Part shown: piece by piece, positions 50,201 to 58,743 of the stretch
Layout: each line of letters opens with the position of its first letter
Position numbering within the stretch: position 1 is the first letter of the stretch
Assembly: GCA_963696385.1 (NCBI GenBank)
Contig: CAVOKF010000003.1
Location: 352,001-416,000, forward strand
Length of the DNA stretch: 64,000 bases
Source: an uncultured delta proteobacterium
GTDB taxonomy: Bacteria > Myxococcota_A > Polyangia > Polyangiales > Polyangiaceae
Direction of reading: 5' to 3'
Notes under the pieces: generated by a model
What the model was told of the DNA's origin: nothing
What the model saw: only the letters and a program-made list of their open reading frames with translations
The model's database searches: none
Made by a program: the position numbers and the translations under genes

Positions 50201-52600
50201 TCATCCTTCTCGTAAAGCGGCACCAATGCCGCCGCCGCACGCTCGTCGTTCGGTACGACGGACAGCACCCGCTCGTAGGCTCGAAACGCGCGCTCCGCGA
50301 CGTTGAGCTCGTCGACGTAAATCCTCGCGCACCGAAAGCTCAGATCCACCTTCAATGCCGCATCGTTCGTCTTGTCGGCCGCCCCGGACAGGACTTCAGC
50401 AAGCCCCTCCCAGTCGCCATTTTGGGCATACAGGTCCGTCAGCCCATCGTAGTCGCCGATGCCGAGATAGCTGTCGCGGAGCACGCGCAGCGCCTTGGCG
50501 TGCCCGGGCTGGATGGACAGGACGCGCCGCCAGGCGCTCATGGCCATCGGCGGGTCATGGAGGCGGTCGGCGTAAATCGAACCAAGCTTCTGCAGCACGG
50601 CGAGCCGCGTCGCCGGGTCGACCGCAAGCGCCGCCCGCCGCTCCAATGCCTCGGCCACGGTTGCGAAGTCCTTGTCACGCTCCGCCTGTTTCTCGAGCGC
50701 GTCGAGAGCGGCCGCCGATGCGGGCTCCTCTTCCAAAACACGCTTGTAGAGCGCCACCGCTTGCGAGCCGAGGTCGAGGCGCTCGGCCCCGAGCTTCGCC
50801 ATCTCCATCCAACGCTCTCGCCGTTCAGGCCCAGCGGGCATCGCCTCGGCCTGCTCGCGGAGCAGATCGTAGAGCGGCGCGTACGCGCGACGTTTCGCGT
50901 AGAGTTCCCGCAAGCGATCGATCGCTTCACGGTCCTTGGGGTCGAGCGCGTGCAGCTTCTCGTAGGCCTCGATCGCGTTCTGGACGTTGGAGAATTGATC
51001 GAGCCAGCGACGCGCGACCGTCCGCCAAAGTTCGCCCTTTATGGTCGGTTCGAGTTCCAGCTCCGCTTGTCGCGCCTGCGTGGCCAACAGATCGCGCCAC
51101 CGCTGTAAGGCTTCGTAGACGCGCGCGAGCTCGCGCACGCTCACCAGGTCGTTTGGCTCGAGCTGTACGATCTGTGTCAAAACGGTTACGAGCGCGGAGT
51201 CGCTCTTGATGTGGTCGCGATAGATGCCCGCGATCTCGCGCAACACGACGAGACGCCCGGCCGGATCGTCGGACCCGACACGCTCGAGTTCCTGCCGGAG
51301 GAGATCGGTCAGCGCGTTCCAGCTGACGGTCTGACGGTAAAGCCGCTTGAGCGCGTCACGCGCCTCCTTGTTCCGTGGGTCTTGCCGCAAGAGCGAGCGC
51401 CAGTGCTCAATGGCCTTTTGTGCGTTGGACCCCTCCTCCGCGAGCTTGGCCACCTCCGCCACCAGCGACGACCGCTCCGGCCCGTCGGGCAGCGCGCGCT
51501 GCGCGTCCGTCAGGATGGCCGCAAGGCGCGGGGTCTCGCCCCGCGCGGAGCACCAGTCGCGAAAGAACGACAACATGCCCGGGTGAGCCGGATCCAGCTT
51601 GCGTAGCTTCTCGAACCACGGCTCGGCCGCGTCGGGCCGGCCCCGCATCCGCCAGTGGACCATCGCAATCTGCAAGGTCGCGCCGAACTCCTCGTCCCTG
51701 CCGCGGAGCACGCCCGCGGCGAGTTGCTCCTCGTAAAGCGCCACGAGATGCTCCCATCGAGCGGCGGCCGTGAAGTAGTCTGCCAAAAACGTCGCCGCCT
51801 CGGCGTGACCTGGCGCCAGATCCAAGACTCTTTCGTAGGCGACTGCGGCGCGCTCGGGCGCGCGGAGCCTCTTGGCGTACAGACGACCAAGACGAACCCA
51901 CCCGGCGATCTTCTCCTCCTTTTGGGTGGCTTCGGTCGCGAAGCGCTCGAGCGCGCGCGCGAGTTCGTCCCAACGCTGCCCCTCCCTCAAGACCCGCTCG
52001 AGGAGCATCTCGGCACGGCGGTTCTTGGGGTCCAGAATCCAGCGCCTCGCTGAGGATCTGCACGATTCGAGCGTCGGATTGCCCGGCATCGGCGCCATCG
52101 CCTCGTCCAAAGCGATACGTCACCTCGGCCGCACCGACGAGCAATGAGCTTCGGAACATCGCATCGGCGGTGCGAGAGGCCTCCTGAATGTATCGGTCGA
52201 CGAGCTCGCGCCACTTTGCGCGCTTCGCCTGGCCTCGCTCCTTCGCGTCGACGACGTCCGCGTCGTTCGGACGAATCGCGAGCAGACGGTCGTACACCAC
52301 GGTCGCCTTGTCGCCGTCCAGAAGCTCCTCGTCGAGCACCCGCGCGAGCTCGCCGAGCAACTGCCCCTCGCGGGCCGTTCCCCGCGCCGCGTCCACCTCG
52401 ATCTGGAGCAAGCCGGCCACGGCTTCGTACTCGCGGCGCGCTTCGTGCGCGCGTCGCGCAGCTTCCAGCAACTGTGCCAGATCGTCGGTGCTCATACCGG
52501 CGTCGCCGCCCAACTCGGTACGCAGCTCTTTCCACGCTTGGCCGCTCTCCGCGTCCTCTTGCAGCAGACCGAGGGCGCTCTTGATGCTCTTCGCGCTCAT
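41205..52600 (-). CDS. Giant TPR-repeat protein (~3,797 aa), AgmK-like; two apparent +1 frameshifts (52035-52039, 42754-42758)
   Basis: ORFs 51407..52600, 41944..52110 and 41205..42848 join into 3,798 codons; continuous 'A...Y..AL..DP....AL..L..LY....RW..L' repeats. Confidence 0.85.
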
Positions 52601-52938
52601 CCATCACCTTGCGGAAATCTCTCGACGGCCCGGCGGCCGAACAATCGGCCGTGAGGCACACCAATGTCGACCGTGGCAGCGAAACCGCGCGAGATCCGGC
52701 GCGGAATTCGTTGCCAGAAGCGCTGCCATGCTACGGACCCCCAACCGCGATAGCAAGGGTCGGCGACGGCTTCGGGCGTTTCAGCGAACGGCCGGGGCAC
52801 GGCGGCCGGCGACGGTCGCCACGAGCTCTGCAGCTTGGCCCACCGTAGCCCCCCTCCGGCTTGTCTGCCCAGAGGCGACCGATTGCATGGACCGTGCGTT
52901 ATCCCCGACGCCCTTTCGTGATACCTCCCCGTACGCGG

Positions 52939-53649
52939 ATGAGCGCGTCCATCGCCGTGTCGCTTCGGAACATTTACGAGACTCTCGCGATCTCCGCCCC
53001 GACCGTGGTGGACGCGGTCCGTGGTCGCGTGTCGAAGGCCGTCTGCGATGAACGCCTCGAGCGGTGGTCGCGCGAGTGCCTGCGCCATGCGCACATCGAG
53101 CTCGACGTTTCGGGGCGGGAACGGATGGCCGTCGGCGAGACGTACCTCGTGATGAGCGACCACCAATCGCTTTACGACATTCCGGTCCTGTTTCAGGTGG
53201 TCGGTCCGAACGTCCGCATGATCACGAAAAAAGAGCTTTTTCGGGTGCCGATCTTCGGGGGAGCGCTCGAAGCCGCCGGCTTCATCGCGATCGACCGCAC
53301 GAACCGGAACGCGGCCATTCGTAGCTTGCAGCGTGCCTCCGACTTGCTGGCGAGCGGAACGCACGTTTGGATCGCGCCCGAAGGAACCCGCAGCCCCACC
53401 GGAGCGCTGCTGCCCTTCAAAAAGGGCGCATTCTACCTTGCTTTAGAGGCGGGACTTGCCATTTTGCCCGTTACGTTGCAAGGCACCCGCCGCGTCCTTC
53501 CCGCCCATGCATTCCGATCGCGCCCGGGTGCCCGAGTCCGCGTGACCATCCATGAACGGGTCGATCCCCGACCGTACGCCGCGCGGGGCAAGCCGGGGCG
53601 CGCCGAGCTCATGGCCCACGTTCGAGCCGTCTTGGAGAGCTCTCTTTGA
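52939..53649 (+). CDS. 1-acyl-sn-glycerol-3-phosphate acyltransferase (PlsC family)
   Basis: DHQSLYD, KKELF, FIAIDR, PEGTRS, PFKKG. Confidence 0.92.
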   Translation: MSASIAVSLRNIYETLAISAPTVVDAVRGRVSKAVCDERLERWSRECLRHAHIELDVSGRERMAVGETYLVMSDHQSLYDIPVLFQVVGPNVRMITKKELFRVPIFGGALEAAGFIAIDRTNRNAAIRSLQRASDLLASGTHVWIAPEGTRSPTGALLPFKKGAFYLALEAGLAILPVTLQGTRRVLPAHAFRSRPGARVRVTIHERVDPRPYAARGKPGRAELMAHVRAVLESSL

Positions 53650-54689
53650 GCGCCATGCCCGCCACCTCGCGATGGCCGGCGCCCAGCGCGACCTCGGCTC
53701 CGGGCTCCGGCCTTGCGATTCTCGTCAATGCGAACGCAAAGCGCGGCGGCCGCCGCGTCGCCGTGCAGATCGAACGCGCGCTTCCGGGCGCCAGCGTACG
53801 CCTGACCAAGTCGACCCAGGAAATCGACGCCTGGCTCCGGGTCCTGCCGCCTGTGCGCGGCGTGTTCGCGGCGGGCGGTGACGGTACGGCGATCGCGCTC
53901 GTGAACGCGCTGGCCCGAATCACGCCCGACCCCGTCCCGCTGCCCACCGTCGGCCTGCTGCCTCTCGGAACCGGCAACGGTTGGGCACACGCTCTCGGCG
54001 CTCCGAAGCTTCACCGGTGTCTCGATATCCTGGCGCGATCTCCGGCGGCGCTGCCGACCCACCGGTCGGGCTTGATCGACGTCGAAGGTACGCTCGCTCA
54101 CTTTGCGGGATCCGGTTGGGACGCGATGATCCTCGAAGACTACAAGCTTCAGCTGCAGCGGGTGCGAGGGCCCGGCCGGCGCCTCTCGAAGAGCGTATAC
54201 GGCTACATGTCGGCAGCCTTGCTTCGGACGATTCCCAAAGTGCTCATCCACGGAAACCCCCGTCTGACCATCGAAAACCTGGGTGAGGTCGTCTACGCAT
54301 TCGCACCGGATGGCCGCCCTCACAAGCTTGCCGTCGATCGGGGAGCCATCCTCTACGAGGGTCCCGTCGGCGTGTCGTCGGTCGGCACCTGTCCCGAATT
54401 CGGCTACCGATTCAAGGCCTTTCCGTTTGCCGAGCGGATCCCCGGGTTCATGAATGTCCGCGTGTTCGCCCGCGGCGTCGTCGGAGCGATTGCATCGATC
54501 GGTTCGCTGTGGCGCGGGGCCTATCCGCTGAGCGGCATGTACGACTGGCTCGCGACGCACGTGCGCATGACTTTTTCGCGCCCCATGCCCCTTCAGGTCG
54601 GAGGGGACGCCTGGGGCACCCGACGCGAGGTGGAATACCGAGCCGCGTCGCGCATCATCCGCATGGTCGACTGGCGTCGAATGAGTTAA
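53646..54689 (+). CDS. Diacylglycerol/lipid kinase family protein
   Basis: ILVNANA, AGGDGT, LPLGTGN, QVGGD. Confidence 0.85.
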   Translation: MSAMPATSRWPAPSATSAPGSGLAILVNANAKRGGRRVAVQIERALPGASVRLTKSTQEIDAWLRVLPPVRGVFAAGGDGTAIALVNALARITPDPVPLPTVGLLPLGTGNGWAHALGAPKLHRCLDILARSPAALPTHRSGLIDVEGTLAHFAGSGWDAMILEDYKLQLQRVRGPGRRLSKSVYGYMSAALLRTIPKVLIHGNPRLTIENLGEVVYAFAPDGRPHKLAVDRGAILYEGPVGVSSVGTCPEFGYRFKAFPFAERIPGFMNVRVFARGVVGAIASIGSLWRGAYPLSGMYDWLATHVRMTFSRPMPLQVGGDAWGTRREVEYRAASRIIRMVDWRRMS

Positions 54690-54695
54690 CGCGGT

Positions 54696-56549
54696 TCATG
54701 CGGCGCTCGCGCTGGCGCCGGCGGCGCGGGCATCGCGGACATACAGGCGATCGATCGTGTCTTTGTATCTTTCAATCGCCTTTCGTCTCCTCAAGCTGAG
54801 CTTCGGCGTGAGCAGCCCGTTTTCCGTCGTGAACGCCTCGCCGATGAGCGCGAAGTCCCGGATCGCCTCGAACCCCTTGAACCCGGCGCCATACCTGTCG
54901 ATCTCTGCACGGAACAGCGCCCGCACCCTTTCGTCGGCGAGGAGCGGGTCGACTTCGGTCGGAAGCGGATCCGGACGCTCGTCCGCCCACCGCCGAAGCG
55001 CTGCGACGTTGGCAACGATGAGCGCCACGTTGTAGGGACGGTTGTCGCCGTACACCATCACGTTGGAGACGAGCGGACTCAGCTTGAGCTGTTCCTCAAG
55101 GGCCGTCGGCACCACGTACTTGCCATTCTCGAGCTTGTACTGCTCCTTGATGCGCCCGGTGATCGACAGGAATCCCTGTGCATCGAGACAGCCCATGTCG
55201 CCGGTGCGGAAGCCGCCGTCCGCCGTCAACACGGCGGCGGTCTCCTCCGGATGCTTGAAGTAGCCCTTCATCACGTTCGGACCGAACACGATGATCTCCC
55301 CTTCCGCAGACGAGGAGCTGCCCGATACGGCACCCTGCACCGCCTCGGGGTCGATGACCACGCGGACGCCGGGCAGGGCCCGCCCCACCGTGCCCATCTT
55401 GCGAAATCCCGGGTAGTTCGTCGACACCACGGGGCTCGTCTCGGTCAGGCCGTAGCCCTCGAACACGAGGATGCCCAACGTATCGATGAACTCCGCGACC
55501 TCGCGCGACAGTGCCGCGCCTCCCGCGGATGCGTACCGCAAGCGACCGCCGAACCTCGCGCGGACCTTGGCGAACACCAACCGTTCGGCGAGAAGCAGGA
55601 GAGCCCGTTCATGGATCTTCAGTTCGGCCCCGCTTCTCTTTCGGGCAGCCACCTCGAGCGCCCCCGAGACGAGCCGCCGCACGACGCTGGACTTCGAGGC
55701 GAGTTGCTGCTGAACCGCCGTATAAAGCTTATTGAAGACCGCCGGCACGCTAAAGAACAACGTCGGTCGAATTTCCGCGAGGTTGTCGAGAATCTTGTCG
55801 GGTCCCTCGCAAATCGCCATCGATGCCCCGGCGGAAAAGAGATGGTGAAGCTCGGCGGTCTGACCGAAGACGTGCGCCCAGGGCAAGAACGCGAGCGAGC
55901 GATCGCCGGCGTCGAGCTTCAACACCTCGTGGATCGCGGCCACGTTCGAGGCGATGTTGCCGTGCGTCAACATCACCCCCTTCGGATTGCCGGTCGTTCC
56001 ACTGGTGTAAATGAGTGTCGCCAGATCGCCCGAAGCGGGTTGGATCGCCGGCGCGGTCGATTCCGAATCCAACAAGGCGGAGTAGGTCGTCCACCGCGGA
56101 TCGTCGGGCTGCGAGCCCGCTTCGGCGTCGATGACGACGATGTGCCGGAGCCGCTCGATGGCCGCGAGCTGCCGCTTGGCCTTCTCGAGCGCCGCCGCAT
56201 TGGCGACGATGAGCGCCGTCGCCTCCGAGTCGCGCACGATGAACTCCCACTCGGCCGCGCTTTGCGCCTCGTACATCGGCACGAACACGGCGCCCAGACC
56301 GTAACACGCGTAGGCGCTGACGGCCCATTCGACCCGGTTATTCGAAACGATGGCCACAGACTGGCCGCGCCGGATCCCGAGCGACGCCAGTCCTGCTCTC
56401 AGCCGATCGACCGATCTGCCAAAATCGGCGTAGGTCATCCAGCTCCAGATCCCGCCGCGCTTGGTGCCGAAAAGGTCACGTGCCCCGTAGCGTCCGACCG
56501 AATGGTGGAAGATATCGACCAGTGTCGTGAAATCCGGCAACGAGCCCAT
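54696..56549 (-). CDS. Long-chain fatty acid-CoA ligase
   Basis: YTSGTTGNPKG, EGYGLTE, TGDMG, GRIKE...NGKYV, TPKL. Confidence 0.93.
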   Translation of the reverse strand: MGSLPDFTTLVDIFHHSVGRYGARDLFGTKRGGIWSWMTYADFGRSVDRLRAGLASLGIRRGQSVAIVSNNRVEWAVSAYACYGLGAVFVPMYEAQSAAEWEFIVRDSEATALIVANAAALEKAKRQLAAIERLRHIVVIDAEAGSQPDDPRWTTYSALLDSESTAPAIQPASGDLATLIYTSGTTGNPKGVMLTHGNIASNVAAIHEVLKLDAGDRSLAFLPWAHVFGQTAELHHLFSAGASMAICEGPDKILDNLAEIRPTLFFSVPAVFNKLYTAVQQQLASKSSVVRRLVSGALEVAARKRSGAELKIHERALLLLAERLVFAKVRARFGGRLRYASAGGAALSREVAEFIDTLGILVFEGYGLTETSPVVSTNYPGFRKMGTVGRALPGVRVVIDPEAVQGAVSGSSSSAEGEIIVFGPNVMKGYFKHPEETAAVLTADGGFRTGDMGCLDAQGFLSITGRIKEQYKLENGKYVVPTALEEQLKLSPLVSNVMVYGDNRPYNVALIVANVAALRRWADERPDPLPTEVDPLLADERVRALFRAEIDRYGAGFKGFEAIRDFALIGEAFTTENGLLTPKLSLRRRKAIERYKDTIDRLYVRDARAAGASASAA

Positions 56550-56688
56550 GCTCGAGAGTAAACGGCACCGATGGATGCCTGGCAAGCGCTCGAGCCGGGA
56601 TCGAGCTCTGTCAAGGGCAACCCGACCCCCGTCGACTCCTTGCCTGGCGGGCAGGCGAGACGATCCCAACGCGCTATACGACTTTCCG

Positions 56689-58125
56689 GTGACCTTTCGG
56701 TTCGTCGTCCACACGTTCGGGTGCCAGATGAACGTGCACGACTCCGACCGCATGGCCGCGGTGCTTCGCGACGCCGGCGGCGTCGCGGTCGACCGAGCCG
56801 AGGATGCCGACCTCGTCGTCTTCAACACGTGCAGCGTCCGGGAGAAGGCGGAGCAAAAACTGCGCAGCGAAGTAGGCAAGATCGCTCCGCTGAAGCGCGC
56901 GCGCCCCGATCTGGTCCTCGCCGTCGCGGGCTGCGTCGCTCAGCAAGAGGGCGACGCGCTGCTGAGACGGATGCGCCAGATCGACCTGGTCCTCGGGCCC
57001 GACAACGTCCGCGATCTGCCTGCCCTCTTTCGGAATCGCATCGGCGGCTCCCCGCCGGTCGCGATCACCGAATTCGATACCGCTTCGCCCCGGTTCTTGA
57101 CGGCGGTGCCCCCGCCGGGCCGGGCCCCGGTCGTCGCGCTCGTGACGACCATGAAAGGCTGCGACGAGCGATGCAGCTTCTGCATCGTCCCCTTCACGCG
57201 GGGTCCCGAACGGTACCGACCGGCGCGCGACATCGTCGACGAGGTGCGTCGATTCGTCGACGCCGGATCGCGCGAGGTTCTGCTCCTCGGTCAGACCGTC
57301 GACAGCTTCCGCGATCCGGGCTTGCCGCCGCCCGAGAGCGACGACCCCGACGAGAGTCAGTTTCCGCACCTTCTGCGCCTGATCGCGCGCGACGTGCCCG
57401 CCCTGGCGCGGCTGCGCTACACGAGCCCGCATCCGCGGCACGCCACGGCGTCGCTCGCACGCGCCCACGCCGAGACCGACATCCTCGCGCGCCACGTCCA
57501 CCTGCCGGTGCAGTCGGGCAGCGACCGGGTCTTGCGACGCATGATCCGCCGCTACAGCCGTGCCGAGTACGTGGAACGTGCCGAACGGCTGATGCGCGCG
57601 CGACCGGGCATGACTCTGTCGACGGACGTCATCGTCGGGTTCCCCGGGGAGACGGAAGACGACTTCGCGCAAACGCTCACCCTCGTGAAACAGGTCGGCT
57701 TCGTCTCGCTCTTCGGCTTCAAGTATTCTCCGCGACCGCACACTCCGGCGATCCGTCTGGGCGACGACGTCCCCGAGGAAGCGAAGGCAGAGCGGCTCGC
57801 TCGCCTTTTCGAACTCGCCGACGCGATCGGATCGGCGCACCTCAAGTCCCTCGTCGGCACAAAACAGAGCGTTCTCGTCGAGGGAGCCGGCAAGGCCGAG
57901 AAGGGCGACCTTTCTCGCGACCGCGTGCAGGGCCGCACCGACCGGAACGAGATCGTTCACATCGACGTCGCCGGAGCGGCGGCGCTCGTCGGCACCCTGG
58001 TGGAGGTCGAGATCGTGCGCGCCAACCGCCATTCGCTGGTCGGCCTGCCGACCCATCCTCTCGCGCCCGTCCCGCCGAAACGCGCGGAGCCGGTGCGCCG
58101 CCTTCCTCTGCTGGTAGAAGTCTGA
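56689..58125 (+). CDS. miaB: tRNA-2-methylthio-N6-isopentenyladenosine synthase
   Basis: TFGCQMN, NTCSVREKAEQK, GCVAQ, radical-SAM CDERCSFC, YTSPHP, C-terminal TRAM. Confidence 0.96.
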   Translation: MTFRFVVHTFGCQMNVHDSDRMAAVLRDAGGVAVDRAEDADLVVFNTCSVREKAEQKLRSEVGKIAPLKRARPDLVLAVAGCVAQQEGDALLRRMRQIDLVLGPDNVRDLPALFRNRIGGSPPVAITEFDTASPRFLTAVPPPGRAPVVALVTTMKGCDERCSFCIVPFTRGPERYRPARDIVDEVRRFVDAGSREVLLLGQTVDSFRDPGLPPPESDDPDESQFPHLLRLIARDVPALARLRYTSPHPRHATASLARAHAETDILARHVHLPVQSGSDRVLRRMIRRYSRAEYVERAERLMRARPGMTLSTDVIVGFPGETEDDFAQTLTLVKQVGFVSLFGFKYSPRPHTPAIRLGDDVPEEAKAERLARLFELADAIGSAHLKSLVGTKQSVLVEGAGKAEKGDLSRDRVQGRTDRNEIVHIDVAGAAALVGTLVEVEIVRANRHSLVGLPTHPLAPVPPKRAEPVRRLPLLVEV

Positions 58126-58128
58126 GCG

Positions 58129-58656
58129 GTGGCGATCTACGAGCTTCGCGGCGTTCGACCGCATCTCGGCCCCCAGGTGCTCGTGTGCGAAAGCGCATCG
58201 GTCATCGGCGACGTCCACTTGGGAGACGCCGCGAGCATCTGGTTCGGTGCCGTCGTCCGGGGCGACTACGCGCCGATCCGCATCGGCGCCCGAACCAACG
58301 TGCAGGACAACGCCGTCGTTCACATCGTGAGCGAAAGCGGGCCCACGACGATCGGCGACGACGTGACGATTGGCCACGCCGCCGTCGTCCACGCCTGCAC
58401 GGTCGGACACCGCTGCCTCATCGGCATGGGAGCGATCGTGCTCGACGGCGCCGTCGTCGGCGACGATTCGTTCGTGGCGGCCGGCACGCTCGTCACGCCC
58501 AGGACCGTCCTCCCGCCGCGAAGCTTCGTCCTCGGGCGCCCGGGCAAGGTCTTACGTCGGACGACGGACGCCGAGATCGCAGGGATCGCGAAATCCGCGG
58601 TCGACTATGCGCGGTTCGCGGCGGACTTTCGAGCGGGCTGCTCGCGCGTCGGTTGA
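58129..58656 (+). CDS. Gamma-carbonic anhydrase family protein (YrdA/CaiE-like)
   Basis: Hexapeptide repeats, VRGD, NVQDNAVVH, IGHAAVVHAC. Confidence 0.92.
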   Translation: MAIYELRGVRPHLGPQVLVCESASVIGDVHLGDAASIWFGAVVRGDYAPIRIGARTNVQDNAVVHIVSESGPTTIGDDVTIGHAAVVHACTVGHRCLIGMGAIVLDGAVVGDDSFVAAGTLVTPRTVLPPRSFVLGRPGKVLRRTTDAEIAGIAKSAVDYARFAADFRAGCSRVG

Positions 58657-58743
58657 AGGGGGTCGGAGAGCGACGGACGGCGGCGGGGGCGCGGCGAATC
58701 CGAAGCTGCCTTGGCTCGGGTCGGCGCCAGAGACTTGCCGTGT

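Noticed and set aside
1494..52600. Four frameshifted genes as true pseudogenes
   Set aside because: All breaks share one GATC-to-GATTC signature, with no in-frame stops or other decay seen; more likely read errors
52674..52728. Inverted repeats TGGCAGCG...CGCTGCCA in the divergent promoter region
   Set aside because: 8-10 bp GC-rich stems are within chance expectation; no U-tract or recognisable motif
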